Positions 18,208 to 28,535 of a stretch of 64,000 bases of DNA are shown here, piece after piece. Source of the DNA: Treponemataceae bacterium (GTDB lineage: Bacteria; Spirochaetota; Spirochaetia; Treponematales; Rectinemataceae); NCBI GenBank assembly GCA_963677895.2, contig CAXXGJ010000018.1, positions 288,001 through 352,000 of the forward strand. The letters are read 5' to 3'. Below the pieces are notes generated by a model, which made no database searches, was not told where the DNA came from, and saw only the letters and a program-made list of their open reading frames with translations. The first letter of the stretch is position 1, and every line of letters starts with the position of its first letter. The translations under genes and the position numbers were made by a program.

Positions 18208-19821
18208 TTAGTCTCTTGTCAGTTGTATCCCTGTAGCTTTGGCGAAGATTCGCGCGAGCTGGTTGAGATATCCACCTTCAGCATGGTAGGCCTGCAACGA
18301 TATGGGGCTTGGGTGAATTAGCGGACCAGGATTTGCGGCCAATCCGCGCGCGCGCTGAGCCAGCGCATCGCGCTCTGATTCTGGCGCAAGCGCGCAAATT
18401 GCCGCCACGGCTGCGCCTGCCGCAGCTCCCGCGTTTGCGATGGGAAGAACTGGCTTGCGCCAGATTGCGGCTATCCTTTTGAGAATTCCGATGCTGGCAG
18501 TCGCTCCTCCCGTCACCGTGATGACGTCTCCATGACCAGTAAATTCTCTAGACGCAAGCGCCACAAGCCCTAATGTTGAGTCAACACATCCGGCATAATC
18601 CGTATCGAATTGTCCTGTTTTTCCGATATCAAGCGCAGGTGAGCAAGGAAAGCTTTCCGAAGTGCTCTGCAGCAGCCGCATTATAGTTCCTGGTTCAACG
18701 GTCGCAAGGGATTGCTCGGCTCTCCCGAAATCGTCTGCGTCGCCATAATGTGCGCGGATGCTCTCCAGGGTAAGGGATCCGTTTGTTCTGCAACCGAAGA
18801 GAAAAGGCCTGCCTAGACCATCATACATCGCATTGGCGGAGACGAGGGGGCGGGTTCCTTCTCCCATGATTACAAAACTGGTGCCAAGGGAGAGCAATGC
18901 CCCGGAAGCCAGAACCTTGGTCTGGGGGTTGTCGCCGGAGGATGCGATGATAAAACATTCCGGAGGGATACCATATCGTTCGGTAAAGTAGGCGGCAATC
19001 GTCCCGGTTTTGGAGAGCGGATGAGCGATTTCGGGAAGTCTGGATTTTAGGCCCTTCGTTCCTCCGCGTATTTTCCCGGCATTTGCGGCCGCCGCGATCA
19101 ATATTGGATCCCAACTTCGGCTTTCCCAATTCATTAAGCTTGTTCCGGAGCCGTTTCCCCAGTCTATCGGAGCATCCGGATTGCCCGAGAGAATTGCCGC
19201 GAGAAATGAAGATATCAAATGTATACGGTATGTTTTCTTATAGCTATCGGAGGATAGCTTCGCTGTACGCGCGAGTACGGCTCCTGAGAATCTCGCGGGG
19301 CTGTCCGAGCCGGATCGCGAGGTAACCGCTTCCGCACCTCCAAGTTCCTTCCTGATCGCATCAGCCTCGGGCTGCGCGTTGGAGCTCATCCAGATGGGTG
19401 CCCGGTCGTATGCCAAACCCGGGCAGACCTGATCAGCGAGAGACCTGGATAGAGCGAGTCCGGAGCCTTCTCGCCTGAGAGCGGCGATAGCCTTGCAGCC
19501 CGATTCTCCCACCCATACTTGGCCATGCTGTTGTGCAGAGAGATTTATTGCCGCGAGCCGGGATAATGCTTCTTGTGGCAGATCGGAAAAAATTGCGTCG
19601 AGCGCTTCAAGAAAAAGCTCCACAGGTTGGGATGCTTCCCCCTTTTCGATCGGGAACAGGATTGGCGCTCCAGAACCAAGACCTAAGTGCGATAAACGAG
19701 GATCTTCGCGATATTTGACTTTAGCTTCCGCGACAGTCGTGAAAGTTTCGCGGTCAAGGATAATGGCTGTAGTGCTCTGTGTGCTGGAATCAATGCCGAG
19801 TACATAGCTTTCGTCGTTCAT
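18208..19821 (-). CDS. xylB: FGGY kinase, eukaryote-type xylulokinase
   Basis: LGIDSSTQS, AQQHG, PIWMS, RFSG, LISSF, GDNP, SLGTS, TGGA. Confidence 0.8.
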   Translation of the reverse strand: MNDESYVLGIDSSTQSTTAIILDRETFTTVAEAKVKYREDPRLSHLGLGSGAPILFPIEKGEASQPVELFLEALDAIFSDLPQEALSRLAAINLSAQQHGQVWVGESGCKAIAALRREGSGLALSRSLADQVCPGLAYDRAPIWMSSNAQPEADAIRKELGGAEAVTSRSGSDSPARFSGAVLARTAKLSSDSYKKTYRIHLISSFLAAILSGNPDAPIDWGNGSGTSLMNWESRSWDPILIAAAANAGKIRGGTKGLKSRLPEIAHPLSKTGTIAAYFTERYGIPPECFIIASSGDNPQTKVLASGALLSLGTSFVIMGEGTRPLVSANAMYDGLGRPFLFGCRTNGSLTLESIRAHYGDADDFGRAEQSLATVEPGTIMRLLQSTSESFPCSPALDIGKTGQFDTDYAGCVDSTLGLVALASREFTGHGDVITVTGGATASIGILKRIAAIWRKPVLPIANAGAAAGAAVAAICALAPESERDALAQRARGLAANPGPLIHPSPISLQAYHAEGGYLNQLARIFAKATGIQLTRD

Positions 19822-19891
19822 TGAACTTTTCCTTGTCTGCGGTTATCTCGATTCTTAGAGTCTGCTCGCGCCGAGGGCAAATTATGCGCGG

Positions 19892-20929
19892 TCACATGCT
19901 GACCATGATTTTTATTGCATCCTCGGGCATAGTGGCGGCAAAATTGAACCCTTCAATCGCGTTCTTGAAATCGTAATGATGGGTAATGAGGGGTTTTACG
20001 GCCATGGTTCCGGCAGAAATCATGTTGATGGTTCGAGGGTACATGTTTCTGTATCTGAAAATATGCTTGATTTCGATTTCTTTTACTTCCGCTGCGACTA
20101 TGTCATACGGGAGAGGGCTGGAAGGCATACCGATCATCACCGCTTTCCCGGCCGGTCGCAGATAACGGATCATACTTGCGACGGCCTCAGCGCTGCCGCT
20201 TGCTTCAAAGACTACGTCAACACCTGTCGGCGCGTATTTAGATACTTCTTGATCAAGAGATTCCTTCGCCGAGTTGACGCATATGATGTTCTCTGAGAAG
20301 TTTTCCCTTACGATATCGAGCTTCTTCTGCTTAATATCGCTCAAGATAACCTTTGAGCAGCCTGACGCGAGCGCTGCCAGCGCCGTCACAATTCCTATAG
20401 TGCCAGCTCCAAAGACTAAAGCGACATTTCCGGGTTCCAGTTTTGCGGTTGTCGCCGCATAAACGCCTATCGCAAGAGGTTCCACTAAGGCGCCTTCTTC
20501 AAGTGACACATTGTCTGGAAGCTTAAAAGTAAAGCTCGCAGGATGAACAATGGATTCGCGCATACATCCATGAATGGGAGGGGTAGCCCAAAATCGTACG
20601 GAAGGGTCGAGATTATAATGACCGGAGAGCGTGGAATCACTGTCAAACTCAGGAATGCCAGGCTCCATGCAGACTCGATCTCCGACTTTCAAATTCTTTA
20701 CTTCTGTCCCGACTTCAAGAACTATCCCACTAGCTTCGTGGCCAAGGATCATCGGCTCCTTGACGACAAATTCTCCGATGCGCCCGTTTGTGAAGTAATG
20801 TATGTCGCTACCGCAAATACCCACTTTCTTGATGCTAATCCGCACGTCCCTTGGCGAGAGTGGTTCTTCTAGATGGAAATCCTCAATCGCCAGTATGTTC
20901 GTTTCTCTAAGAATCAACGCCTTCATCAT
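19892..20929 (-). CDS. Xylitol/sorbitol dehydrogenase (D-xylulose reductase-like)
   Basis: [41 protein letters not shown]. Confidence 0.88.
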   Translation of the reverse strand: MMKALILRETNILAIEDFHLEEPLSPRDVRISIKKVGICGSDIHYFTNGRIGEFVVKEPMILGHEASGIVLEVGTEVKNLKVGDRVCMEPGIPEFDSDSTLSGHYNLDPSVRFWATPPIHGCMRESIVHPASFTFKLPDNVSLEEGALVEPLAIGVYAATTAKLEPGNVALVFGAGTIGIVTALAALASGCSKVILSDIKQKKLDIVRENFSENIICVNSAKESLDQEVSKYAPTGVDVVFEASGSAEAVASMIRYLRPAGKAVMIGMPSSPLPYDIVAAEVKEIEIKHIFRYRNMYPRTINMISAGTMAVKPLITHHYDFKNAIEGFNFAATMPEDAIKIMVSM

Positions 20930-21413
20930 AACCTCCAGACTTCGGCTAATAAAAACATCGTTGACAGCCTTATTTTCACACATCAGTTTCTACACAAAAA
21001 GCAAGGACTGTCAAGAAAAATTGTGAAATATATGCCAAATTTGCGCAAAATATATAATACTATATGATATCTACTTAATTATGGTTTTCTGAATGCCATT
21101 ATTGATTTGTTCCTTATGTCTATTCTCGTTTCATCAGGTGAGTCAATATGGGTATATATCTTTAGCAATATGATATACGGATATTATCTGCATGCGCGTT
21201 TTTCGATTTTCCAGTCTTTTTTATTGTCAGCCTGATTCCCGACTATGAGATTTATTTTTTGTGCGACAATAAATATTTTGCTTGACAATTTCAATAAAGG
21301 CTTTCAATAATAGTTCATGGTTAATTTTTCAAAGCATAATTTGCTGAAAAAATTAGCAAAAATGCTCGAAAAGCCATTACTCTGATCAGGAGTAGGCAGA
21401 ACAGGAGGACAAG

Positions 21414-22361
21414 ATGTCTAAAAAGATCGTTCTTGTAATGATGCTCGCCATTATGGTGTCTGGCGTAGCATTTGGACAAGGGAAAGTCTACAAAGTCGCG
21501 TACATCGCCCGCGCTCAAGCAGACTCCTTTGCGGCATGGTTGGCAAACTCCATCATAGAAGAAGCTAAGAAGTATCCGAATATTAGCCTCAAAGTGTTTG
21601 ACGGCCAAGCCAACGACGATACTGAAAACTCACTCATCGAGAACGCGATCACAAACAAGTTCGACGCGATTATTGTGCAGCCCAATAACGGTGAGTCGCA
21701 GCGTCCCTATGTTGAAAAGATTGTCAAAGCAGGCATCATTGCCATCACGACGAACGCCCGCATCGCTGGCATCAAGGGAGCCTCATCCGTCGATGCCGAC
21801 CCCTATGCCCAAGCCGCGGTAAACGCCAAGCTCGCCCTCAAACAGATTCCGCAGAACGCGAAAGTAGTCGTCCTGAATGGACCGTCCGGCAACTTCCATG
21901 CCGATGCTCGCCGTGCTAGCTGGCAGAAAGAATTCTTCGACAAGCGCAAAGACGTAAAAATTGTCGGCGAGCAAATCGCTCACTGGAACAAAGATGAAGC
22001 GATGCGCTACATGGAAGACTGGGTGCAGGCAAATCCCAAGATCGACGCTATCATCTCCATGAACGACAATATGGCGGCAGGCGCTCTCGAAGTCGTGAAG
22101 AACAAACCATCCTTCAAGGGAATCTTTGCCTATGGCGTCGATGGTACCGCTGAAGCCGCCCTTCTCATCAGGGATGGTCAACTTACCGCGACAAGCCTCC
22201 AAAGCGCTTATGATCTTGCCGTAAAAAACCTTGACACGGTAAACAAACTCCTTACCGGAAAGGCGAAACAGATCGATGTTGATATCGACTGTCCGCTTAT
22301 TACGAAGGAGAATGTCGAAAAACTGATAGAGACCCATAAAAAGGCCGGCGCGATTAAATAA
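21414..22361 (+). CDS. Sugar/polyol ABC substrate-binding protein (RbsB-like)
   Basis: Signal peptide; MNDNMAAGA, GVDG. Confidence 0.92.
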   Translation: MSKKIVLVMMLAIMVSGVAFGQGKVYKVAYIARAQADSFAAWLANSIIEEAKKYPNISLKVFDGQANDDTENSLIENAITNKFDAIIVQPNNGESQRPYVEKIVKAGIIAITTNARIAGIKGASSVDADPYAQAAVNAKLALKQIPQNAKVVVLNGPSGNFHADARRASWQKEFFDKRKDVKIVGEQIAHWNKDEAMRYMEDWVQANPKIDAIISMNDNMAAGALEVVKNKPSFKGIFAYGVDGTAEAALLIRDGQLTATSLQSAYDLAVKNLDTVNKLLTGKAKQIDVDIDCPLITKENVEKLIETHKKAGAIK

Positions 22362-22465
22362 TCTTCCGAGACTTGATTGAGACTTCTGCATGCCTTGAGC
22401 TTTTGCTCTTGGCATGCTTTTCTTTGAATATATCCAATATCAGGTTATGCAATGCAGAGGCTTAA

Positions 22466-23974
22466 ATGGATTCGTATAAGCTCCAGGTCAAGAATATTTG
22501 CAAATCGTTTCCCGGGGTTCTTGCCTTGGACAATATTACTTTAAATGCCCGTGCTGGTTCTGTTCTTGTGCTTTGTGGAGAGAATGGCGCCGGGAAATCC
22601 ACCTTGATGAAAATCATCGATGGCGTTTATCAGCCGGACAGGGGCGATATTCTGATCGACGGGAAGAAAGTCCACATCCGCAATCCCATCCAGGCTAGGG
22701 GCTATGGAATTTCCATGATTTTTCAGGAGCTAAATTACATTCCTGAAATGACGGTGGAAGAAAGTCTTTTTTGTGGGCGCTTGCCAAAAAATGCGTGCAA
22801 AATCGACTGGAAAGTTATCCGTTCTCGAACTAAGGAACTCCTTGAGAAGGAAAATCTTGCCTATTCGCCTACCATGCAGATGAAGGATCTTTCGGTATCC
22901 GATCGACAAATGCTTGAGATCATAAAGGCCATTTCCATCGATGCGAGAATCATCATCATGGATGAGCCAACCTCCGCAATATCCGATCGCGAAGTTGAGA
23001 GGCTTTTTTGCAAGATAGCCGAACTCAAGGCTCGTGGGACTTGCGTCATTTATATTTCCCACAAAATGGATGAGATCTTCCAGATTGCTGACGATATCGC
23101 AATCCTGCGAGATGGGAGGGTAATCGACTGCAGGCCGCGAGAGCAGCTGACGATCGATGAAGTCATCTCCTTGATGGTCGGACGAAAGATCGATAGCAAT
23201 TATCCGAAACGAATAATTCCAATTGGCGATGTTTCGCTCAACGTTACATCGCTCACTGAGCCCAATGTTTTCAAGAATATCAATTTCTTTGCCAAGCAAG
23301 GCGAGATCGTCGGCTTTTCCGGGCTCATGGGCGCTGGGCGAACCGAGGTGATGCGCGCCCTTTTCGGACTGGATCCTCATGAATCGGGAGACGTTGAAGT
23401 ACATGGCAAAAAAGTAAAAATTGGCAGTGTGCAGGATAGCATTAAAGCGGGGATCGCCATGCTATCGGAGGATAGGCATCGGTTTGGAATCATCCCGGTA
23501 CGCAGCGTCCGTGAGAATATCGGGCTATCAAGTCTGCATCGTTTTATTTATCGGGGTCGTCTCCATGCCGCGAAGGAAAATTCGGTTATTTCTGATATTT
23601 GTTCACGAATGAACGTCAAAACGCCATCGCTCGCCACGACGGTTGAAGCGCTGAGTGGCGGCAATCAGCAAAAGGTCGTCTTGAGCAAATGGATGTTAAG
23701 CGATCCTGACATTTTAATTCTTGATGAGCCTACCCGCGGCATTGATGTCGGCGCAAAATACGAGATTTATAAGCTTATCGGGGATCTTGCCGCCGAGAAA
23801 AAAACTCTGATTGTCGTTTCTTCGGAACTCCCCGAACTCATTGGAATGTGCGATCGTATCTATGTAATGTGTAAGGGCGAAATTGCCGGCGAGCTTAAGC
23901 ATGAAGAATTCAGCCAGGAAACTATCATGCGTTTAGCTACAGGATATGAAAAAGGAAAGAGGTGTACATTGTGA
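22466..23974 (+). CDS. Sugar ABC ATP-binding protein (double domain)
   Basis: GENGAGKST, DEPT, LSGGNQQK, GIDVGAK. Confidence 0.95.
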   Translation: MDSYKLQVKNICKSFPGVLALDNITLNARAGSVLVLCGENGAGKSTLMKIIDGVYQPDRGDILIDGKKVHIRNPIQARGYGISMIFQELNYIPEMTVEESLFCGRLPKNACKIDWKVIRSRTKELLEKENLAYSPTMQMKDLSVSDRQMLEIIKAISIDARIIIMDEPTSAISDREVERLFCKIAELKARGTCVIYISHKMDEIFQIADDIAILRDGRVIDCRPREQLTIDEVISLMVGRKIDSNYPKRIIPIGDVSLNVTSLTEPNVFKNINFFAKQGEIVGFSGLMGAGRTEVMRALFGLDPHESGDVEVHGKKVKIGSVQDSIKAGIAMLSEDRHRFGIIPVRSVRENIGLSSLHRFIYRGRLHAAKENSVISDICSRMNVKTPSLATTVEALSGGNQQKVVLSKWMLSDPDILILDEPTRGIDVGAKYEIYKLIGDLAAEKKTLIVVSSELPELIGMCDRIYVMCKGEIAGELKHEEFSQETIMRLATGYEKGKRCTL

Positions 23975-24954
23975 AAGAAGCGGGAAAGCAGCCAATCTCC
24001 TGGTCGACTATCAGCCGACGCTATAGCATCTACCTGGTGCTTCTGGCACTGGTAGTGATTAGTTCCATCATCAATTCTAATTTTCTTTCGGGTGAAAATA
24101 TTTCCAATGTCGCGAGACAAATTTCTGTAACGACGATCCTGGCCTTCGGCGAGACGATATTGATTATTTGCGGGCTCCTCGATCTTTCATCGGGATCTGT
24201 GCTTGCCTTATCCGGCTTGCTCTCGGTCGCGAGCTACAAATTGTCCGGTTCCATGCCATTGGCAATATTAGTCGCCGTAGGGGTCGCGATGCTCTGCAAC
24301 TTTATCACCGCCATCATGGTGACTCGATTTTCTGCTCCCGCTTTCATTGCGACCCTCGCCATGCAGGAAATGGCGCGTGGGTCGGCCCTGTTGTTTTCAA
24401 AAGGACAAAATATTTACCAGATAGGCAATTATACGATACTTGGACAGGGATCGATAGGATTTGCGCCTATCCCTCTTTTCTTTTTCGCGGGCATATTTCT
24501 GCTCACATTGTATATACTCAGCAATACCCGTTTCGGACGCGCGCTCTATGCGATCGGGGGGAATCAGGAAGCGGCGAAAGCGTCGGGCATCAACGTCAAT
24601 CGAACGAAAATAATCGCGTTTCTCATAAATGGATTGTTTGTCGGCATCGCAGGAGTTCTCTTTATGTCGCGCGTGAATGCGGGGCTTCCGAATGGTGCAA
24701 TAAACTATGAATTTCAGGCTTTGACATCCTCGATAATTGGAGGCACAAGTTTTTCTGGCGGTATAGGTACTGCCGGGGGTACTGTCGTGGGAGCCCTCAT
24801 CGTGGGATTTCTCAATAATATAATGAACCTTATGAATGTGAACTCCTATGTACAGCAGATCGCCCGCGGTGGCATAATCGCGCTGGCGGTAATTTATGAT
24901 ATTTGGACCAAGAACAGGCGCACAAGGAACCTCGTAAGGGCAGTCTTAAAGTAA
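23971..24954 (+). CDS. Sugar ABC permease (RbsC-like)
   Basis: DLSSGS, FIATLA, FGRALYAIGGN, IIGGTS; GTG start overlapping upstream stop. Confidence 0.92.
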   Translation: MKEAGKQPISWSTISRRYSIYLVLLALVVISSIINSNFLSGENISNVARQISVTTILAFGETILIICGLLDLSSGSVLALSGLLSVASYKLSGSMPLAILVAVGVAMLCNFITAIMVTRFSAPAFIATLAMQEMARGSALLFSKGQNIYQIGNYTILGQGSIGFAPIPLFFFAGIFLLTLYILSNTRFGRALYAIGGNQEAAKASGINVNRTKIIAFLINGLFVGIAGVLFMSRVNAGLPNGAINYEFQALTSSIIGGTSFSGGIGTAGGTVVGALIVGFLNNIMNLMNVNSYVQQIARGGIIALAVIYDIWTKNRRTRNLVRAVLK

Positions 24955-25070
24955 GTCCTGTCCCGGATAAGAATAGCTTGACGTGGAGACGAACGATCGA
25001 TACAGTTCTTTTGTCTATTCTATGTAATGCCGATTTACGCGGCTTTTAATGCACGCTAGGTGGAATCGTA

Positions 25071-26063
25071 TTGAAAAGCAAGCTTGTAAGACTTGAGGAT
25101 GTAGCACAGAAGGCCGGTGTATCTATTACGACCGTATCACATGTCATCAACAAGACGCGATACGTCAAGAGAGAAACCCGCGAGCTTGTGCTGAAAGTTC
25201 TCGAAGAGCTCAAGTATGATAAAAGAAAGACAGGACCGCATTCCCCATTCTCGAAGTTGATAGGTGTCATCGTTGCCGATATTACCGAGGATTACTATAT
25301 CTCCGTGATCAAGGCGATAGAGACGTATGCATCCGAACAAGGTTTTTCCATTCTTCTTTGTGATTCGGAAGACGATGTAGAGAAAGAAAAGTTCAACATT
25401 CGCAACATCCTCGAGAGAGATGTAGGCGGACTAATACTAGCCCCGGTGAACTCAGAGAAATGCCCAAAGGAGTTGCTGGAAACAGAAATCCCGATCGTTT
25501 TCGTCGATAGAAAGTATAGTCGGATAGATGGCGTGTTTGTGGGGATCAACAACATTGAGAGCGGTTACAATGGAACCAGATATCTAGCCTCGAAAGGCTG
25601 CAATTCAATCTGCTTCATAGGCTATCCTGATACCGTCTACACGGTGCATCAGAGGGCGATTGGCTACCGAGGCTATCTGCAGGAACATATTCCTGAATGC
25701 ACTCCAAAAGTACTCACTTTAAACTACCGCCAGGAAGATTCTAATCGTCTCATAAGCGAGTTTGTCGAGAGTGTCTGTCCCGATGGGGTGGTCTGCGCGA
25801 CATCCGATATTTGCTATCAGCTAATTGGAAGCCTTCAAGAGATGGGGACTCAGATCCCGGAACAGATAAAGATAGTAACCTACGATGATAATAAATGGCT
25901 TGATTACCTGCGATTCCCTGTTTCGGTGATCACGCAGCCTACTTCCGAAATTGGCTTTACCGCTATCCAGCGCCTCGTCCGCATGATGCTTCATCCTGAG
26001 GATATCCATAAAATAGGCACTTCAATTTTTCTAGAGACTGGCTTTATCGATCGATTATCGTAA
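25071..26063 (+). CDS. LacI family regulator
   Basis: LEDVAQKAGVSITTVSHVIN HTH; PBP-like C-domain. Confidence 0.95.
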   Translation: MKSKLVRLEDVAQKAGVSITTVSHVINKTRYVKRETRELVLKVLEELKYDKRKTGPHSPFSKLIGVIVADITEDYYISVIKAIETYASEQGFSILLCDSEDDVEKEKFNIRNILERDVGGLILAPVNSEKCPKELLETEIPIVFVDRKYSRIDGVFVGINNIESGYNGTRYLASKGCNSICFIGYPDTVYTVHQRAIGYRGYLQEHIPECTPKVLTLNYRQEDSNRLISEFVESVCPDGVVCATSDICYQLIGSLQEMGTQIPEQIKIVTYDDNKWLDYLRFPVSVITQPTSEIGFTAIQRLVRMMLHPEDIHKIGTSIFLETGFIDRLS

Positions 26064-26100
26064 GTAGCTTAAAATTCATGGATGCATAATTGGATGACGA

Positions 26101-27024
26101 CTATTGAACCACCTGACAGATCGCTTCCATATATTCTTTGGCGATCGGAGACAAAGGTCGGCTCTTGTTGACGATATAGCCAATCTCCAGTTTTAGCTGT
26201 TTATCGCTTAAGACTAAAGCCCTGACGTTCGTATAATACTGCGTGCTGGAATACGCGTGCCTGTTGTGCGTGCCGACCGTATAGGCGTCGGTCGTCGCTA
26301 TCAGCTCGTTGAGCGTCGCGCGGTCCTTGACGGTAATCCGCTTTTTGTTCTCCGCCATGCCGAGATCCTCCCATTCGGGAGCCATGCTGTAGTTCGCGTC
26401 CCGGTACATCACAAACGGATACTCGCTGAGCTGTTCCGTACTCACCTTGGTCTGCCCGTCCCTGCAGAGCGGGTGGTCTTTGCCCATTATAACGGCGACG
26501 CTCTCCGTCGCGAGCTGATGATATTCGATGCCGTTGTTGCCCAGCATATGGATGATGAGGCGCTTCTGCAGCGCGGAAAGAATGATCAGTCCGATTTCCG
26601 ATTCCTGCGAACGCACCGAATCCACTACTTCCTGGAAAGCGCCTTCAAAAAAGGAAAACTGAAAATTATCGCTTTTCCACTTCTGGCATATATTGATGAA
26701 AACGGTGTTAGCGAACCTGAGGTATTGGCTGGCGATGGATAGCGATAGGGGCGGGCGGCCGACGAGGGAATCGCAGAAATCCCCCAGCATCTTGAACTGC
26801 CTGTATGAAGGCTGCGCGTACGAGAGAAACTCTCTTCCGAAATGGGTCAGTTCGACTCCTTTTCCGGTTCGTTCGAAAATCCTCGAGCCCAGCTCCGTCT
26901 CCAGCTGTTTGAGCGAAAGCGAAAGGTTCGGCTGCGAGACATAGAGTTTTTGCGCCGCTTTGTTTATGGAACCCTCGGCGGCGATGGTCAGGACCTGTTC
27001 TATCTGAGCCATGCGCAAAATCAA
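26101..27024 (-). CDS. LysR family regulator
   Basis: GSINKAAQKLYVSQPNLSLSLKQLE. Confidence 0.95.
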   Translation of the reverse strand: MILRMAQIEQVLTIAAEGSINKAAQKLYVSQPNLSLSLKQLETELGSRIFERTGKGVELTHFGREFLSYAQPSYRQFKMLGDFCDSLVGRPPLSLSIASQYLRFANTVFINICQKWKSDNFQFSFFEGAFQEVVDSVRSQESEIGLIILSALQKRLIIHMLGNNGIEYHQLATESVAVIMGKDHPLCRDGQTKVSTEQLSEYPFVMYRDANYSMAPEWEDLGMAENKKRITVKDRATLNELIATTDAYTVGTHNRHAYSSTQYYTNVRALVLSDKQLKLEIGYIVNKSRPLSPIAKEYMEAICQVVQ

Positions 27025-27136
27025 CCTCTTATATTAATAATCATATAGATAGTAATTAAAATTATATATTATTGCGATATATGAATCAAGTGTTATACTT
27101 CCCGTGCTGAGTCCAATAGGTGGAAGGAGGAATTCG

Positions 27137-27847
27137 ATGAAGGACTATCTACAGGTAGCCAATAGCCCGTACATGTATATCGGTGTCGTGCTTTTGCTGA
27201 GCATTGTCTGCTGGCAGGCCGGCGTATTCATCAACAGGTCGCTGAAGCGAGCGCAGGCGCTTGGGATCCCCAGAGAAAAAATCAATAAGACGGTGAAAGT
27301 GGCCGCGTTGACCAGCCTTGTACCTAGTTTCGCGATCGTAGTCGCGTTGCTGACTCTCGCTCCGGTCTTGGGACTCCCGTTTTCCTGGACGAGGCTGTCC
27401 ATAATCGGGTCGCTTTCCTACGAACTGCTGGCGGCGGATATCGGAGCCAAGGCCGCGGGCGTGACCTTGGGCGGGGCGGGCTATGGCTCCAGCGCGTTCC
27501 TCGCTTCGGTCTGCACGCAGACAATCGGATCCTTCGTGACCTTAGGGCTCACTATCTTCGGATTCAAATGGTACAAGGATCGGCTGAATAAATCCCTGAA
27601 GAAGGAAGGGGACAAAAGCTGGAGCCGCATCCTGATAGCGGCGATCATTGTCTCCATGTATTCCCGGTTCATGGCCGAACCGGTCGCCAGAGGCGGAGTG
27701 GCGCTCATCACGATGCTGGTCAGCGCGGCATCGATGATACTCGTCGGTCTCTTGATCAAGAAATGCAAACTCAAATGGCTCTCCGATTTCGCCATTTCTC
27801 TCAGCATGATCGTCGGCATGGCGGCCGCGATCGTCTATTCATTCTAA
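27137..27847 (+). CDS. DUF5058-like membrane protein
   Basis: WTRLSIIGSLSYEL, KWLSDFAISLSM; GGAGG RBS. Confidence 0.75.
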   Translation: MKDYLQVANSPYMYIGVVLLLSIVCWQAGVFINRSLKRAQALGIPREKINKTVKVAALTSLVPSFAIVVALLTLAPVLGLPFSWTRLSIIGSLSYELLAADIGAKAAGVTLGGAGYGSSAFLASVCTQTIGSFVTLGLTIFGFKWYKDRLNKSLKKEGDKSWSRILIAAIIVSMYSRFMAEPVARGGVALITMLVSAASMILVGLLIKKCKLKWLSDFAISLSMIVGMAAAIVYSF

Positions 27848-27861
27848 AAGGAGATCCTCGG

Positions 27862-28524
27862 ATGAAACAAGAATTGACCTACGATGAAAACGCCCATCGT
27901 TTTGGAAGGATCAGCCTCATTGTCGGAACGATAGCCACCTGCGTCTTTCCGGCTATGCTGATCATTGGCTTCCATGTCCCCGTCGACATCAGAAGCATTC
28001 TCGGAGGAGCCGGCAACATACTCATATTGATGATACCGGTGTCTCTCAGCGAATTCCTGAGCATTTCGCCGATGATAGGAACCTCGGCAATGTACATCAT
28101 GGTATTGACGGGCAACTTCACCAACCTGAAGATCCCTTCCTCCATCGCGGCGATGGAGGCTGTCGGCCTTGACCCCGCGAACTACACCGACGAATCCGAT
28201 GTGATCTCCACCATAGCGATGGGTGTATCGACCATCGTCTGCATCGCCGTCATAGCGTTGGGCGCCCTGCTGATCGTACCGCTGTCCGGACCGCTTTCGA
28301 ACCCAATCCTCTCTCCCGCGTTCGAGAACATCGTACCGGCGCTGTTCGGCGCGCTCGGAATGGGGATGATGTCCAAGAATTTCAAGCTCGCCATCGCGCC
28401 ATTTATACTCGGCGTCGTCCTGCTCGCCACCGGGGTCATTCCCGGCGCGCTGGTCCTGCCTATCCTGATACTCGTCGGCATCGTCGCGGCCCGCGTCATG
28501 TATAAAAAGAATTGGGTGAAGTAA
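27862..28524 (+). CDS. Membrane protein, probable partner of DUF5058
   Basis: Multi-TM; LTGNFTNLKIP, PALFGALG. Confidence 0.7.
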   Translation: MKQELTYDENAHRFGRISLIVGTIATCVFPAMLIIGFHVPVDIRSILGGAGNILILMIPVSLSEFLSISPMIGTSAMYIMVLTGNFTNLKIPSSIAAMEAVGLDPANYTDESDVISTIAMGVSTIVCIAVIALGALLIVPLSGPLSNPILSPAFENIVPALFGALGMGMMSKNFKLAIAPFILGVVLLATGVIPGALVLPILILVGIVAARVMYKKNWVK

Positions 28525-28535
28525 AAAGGGAAATC

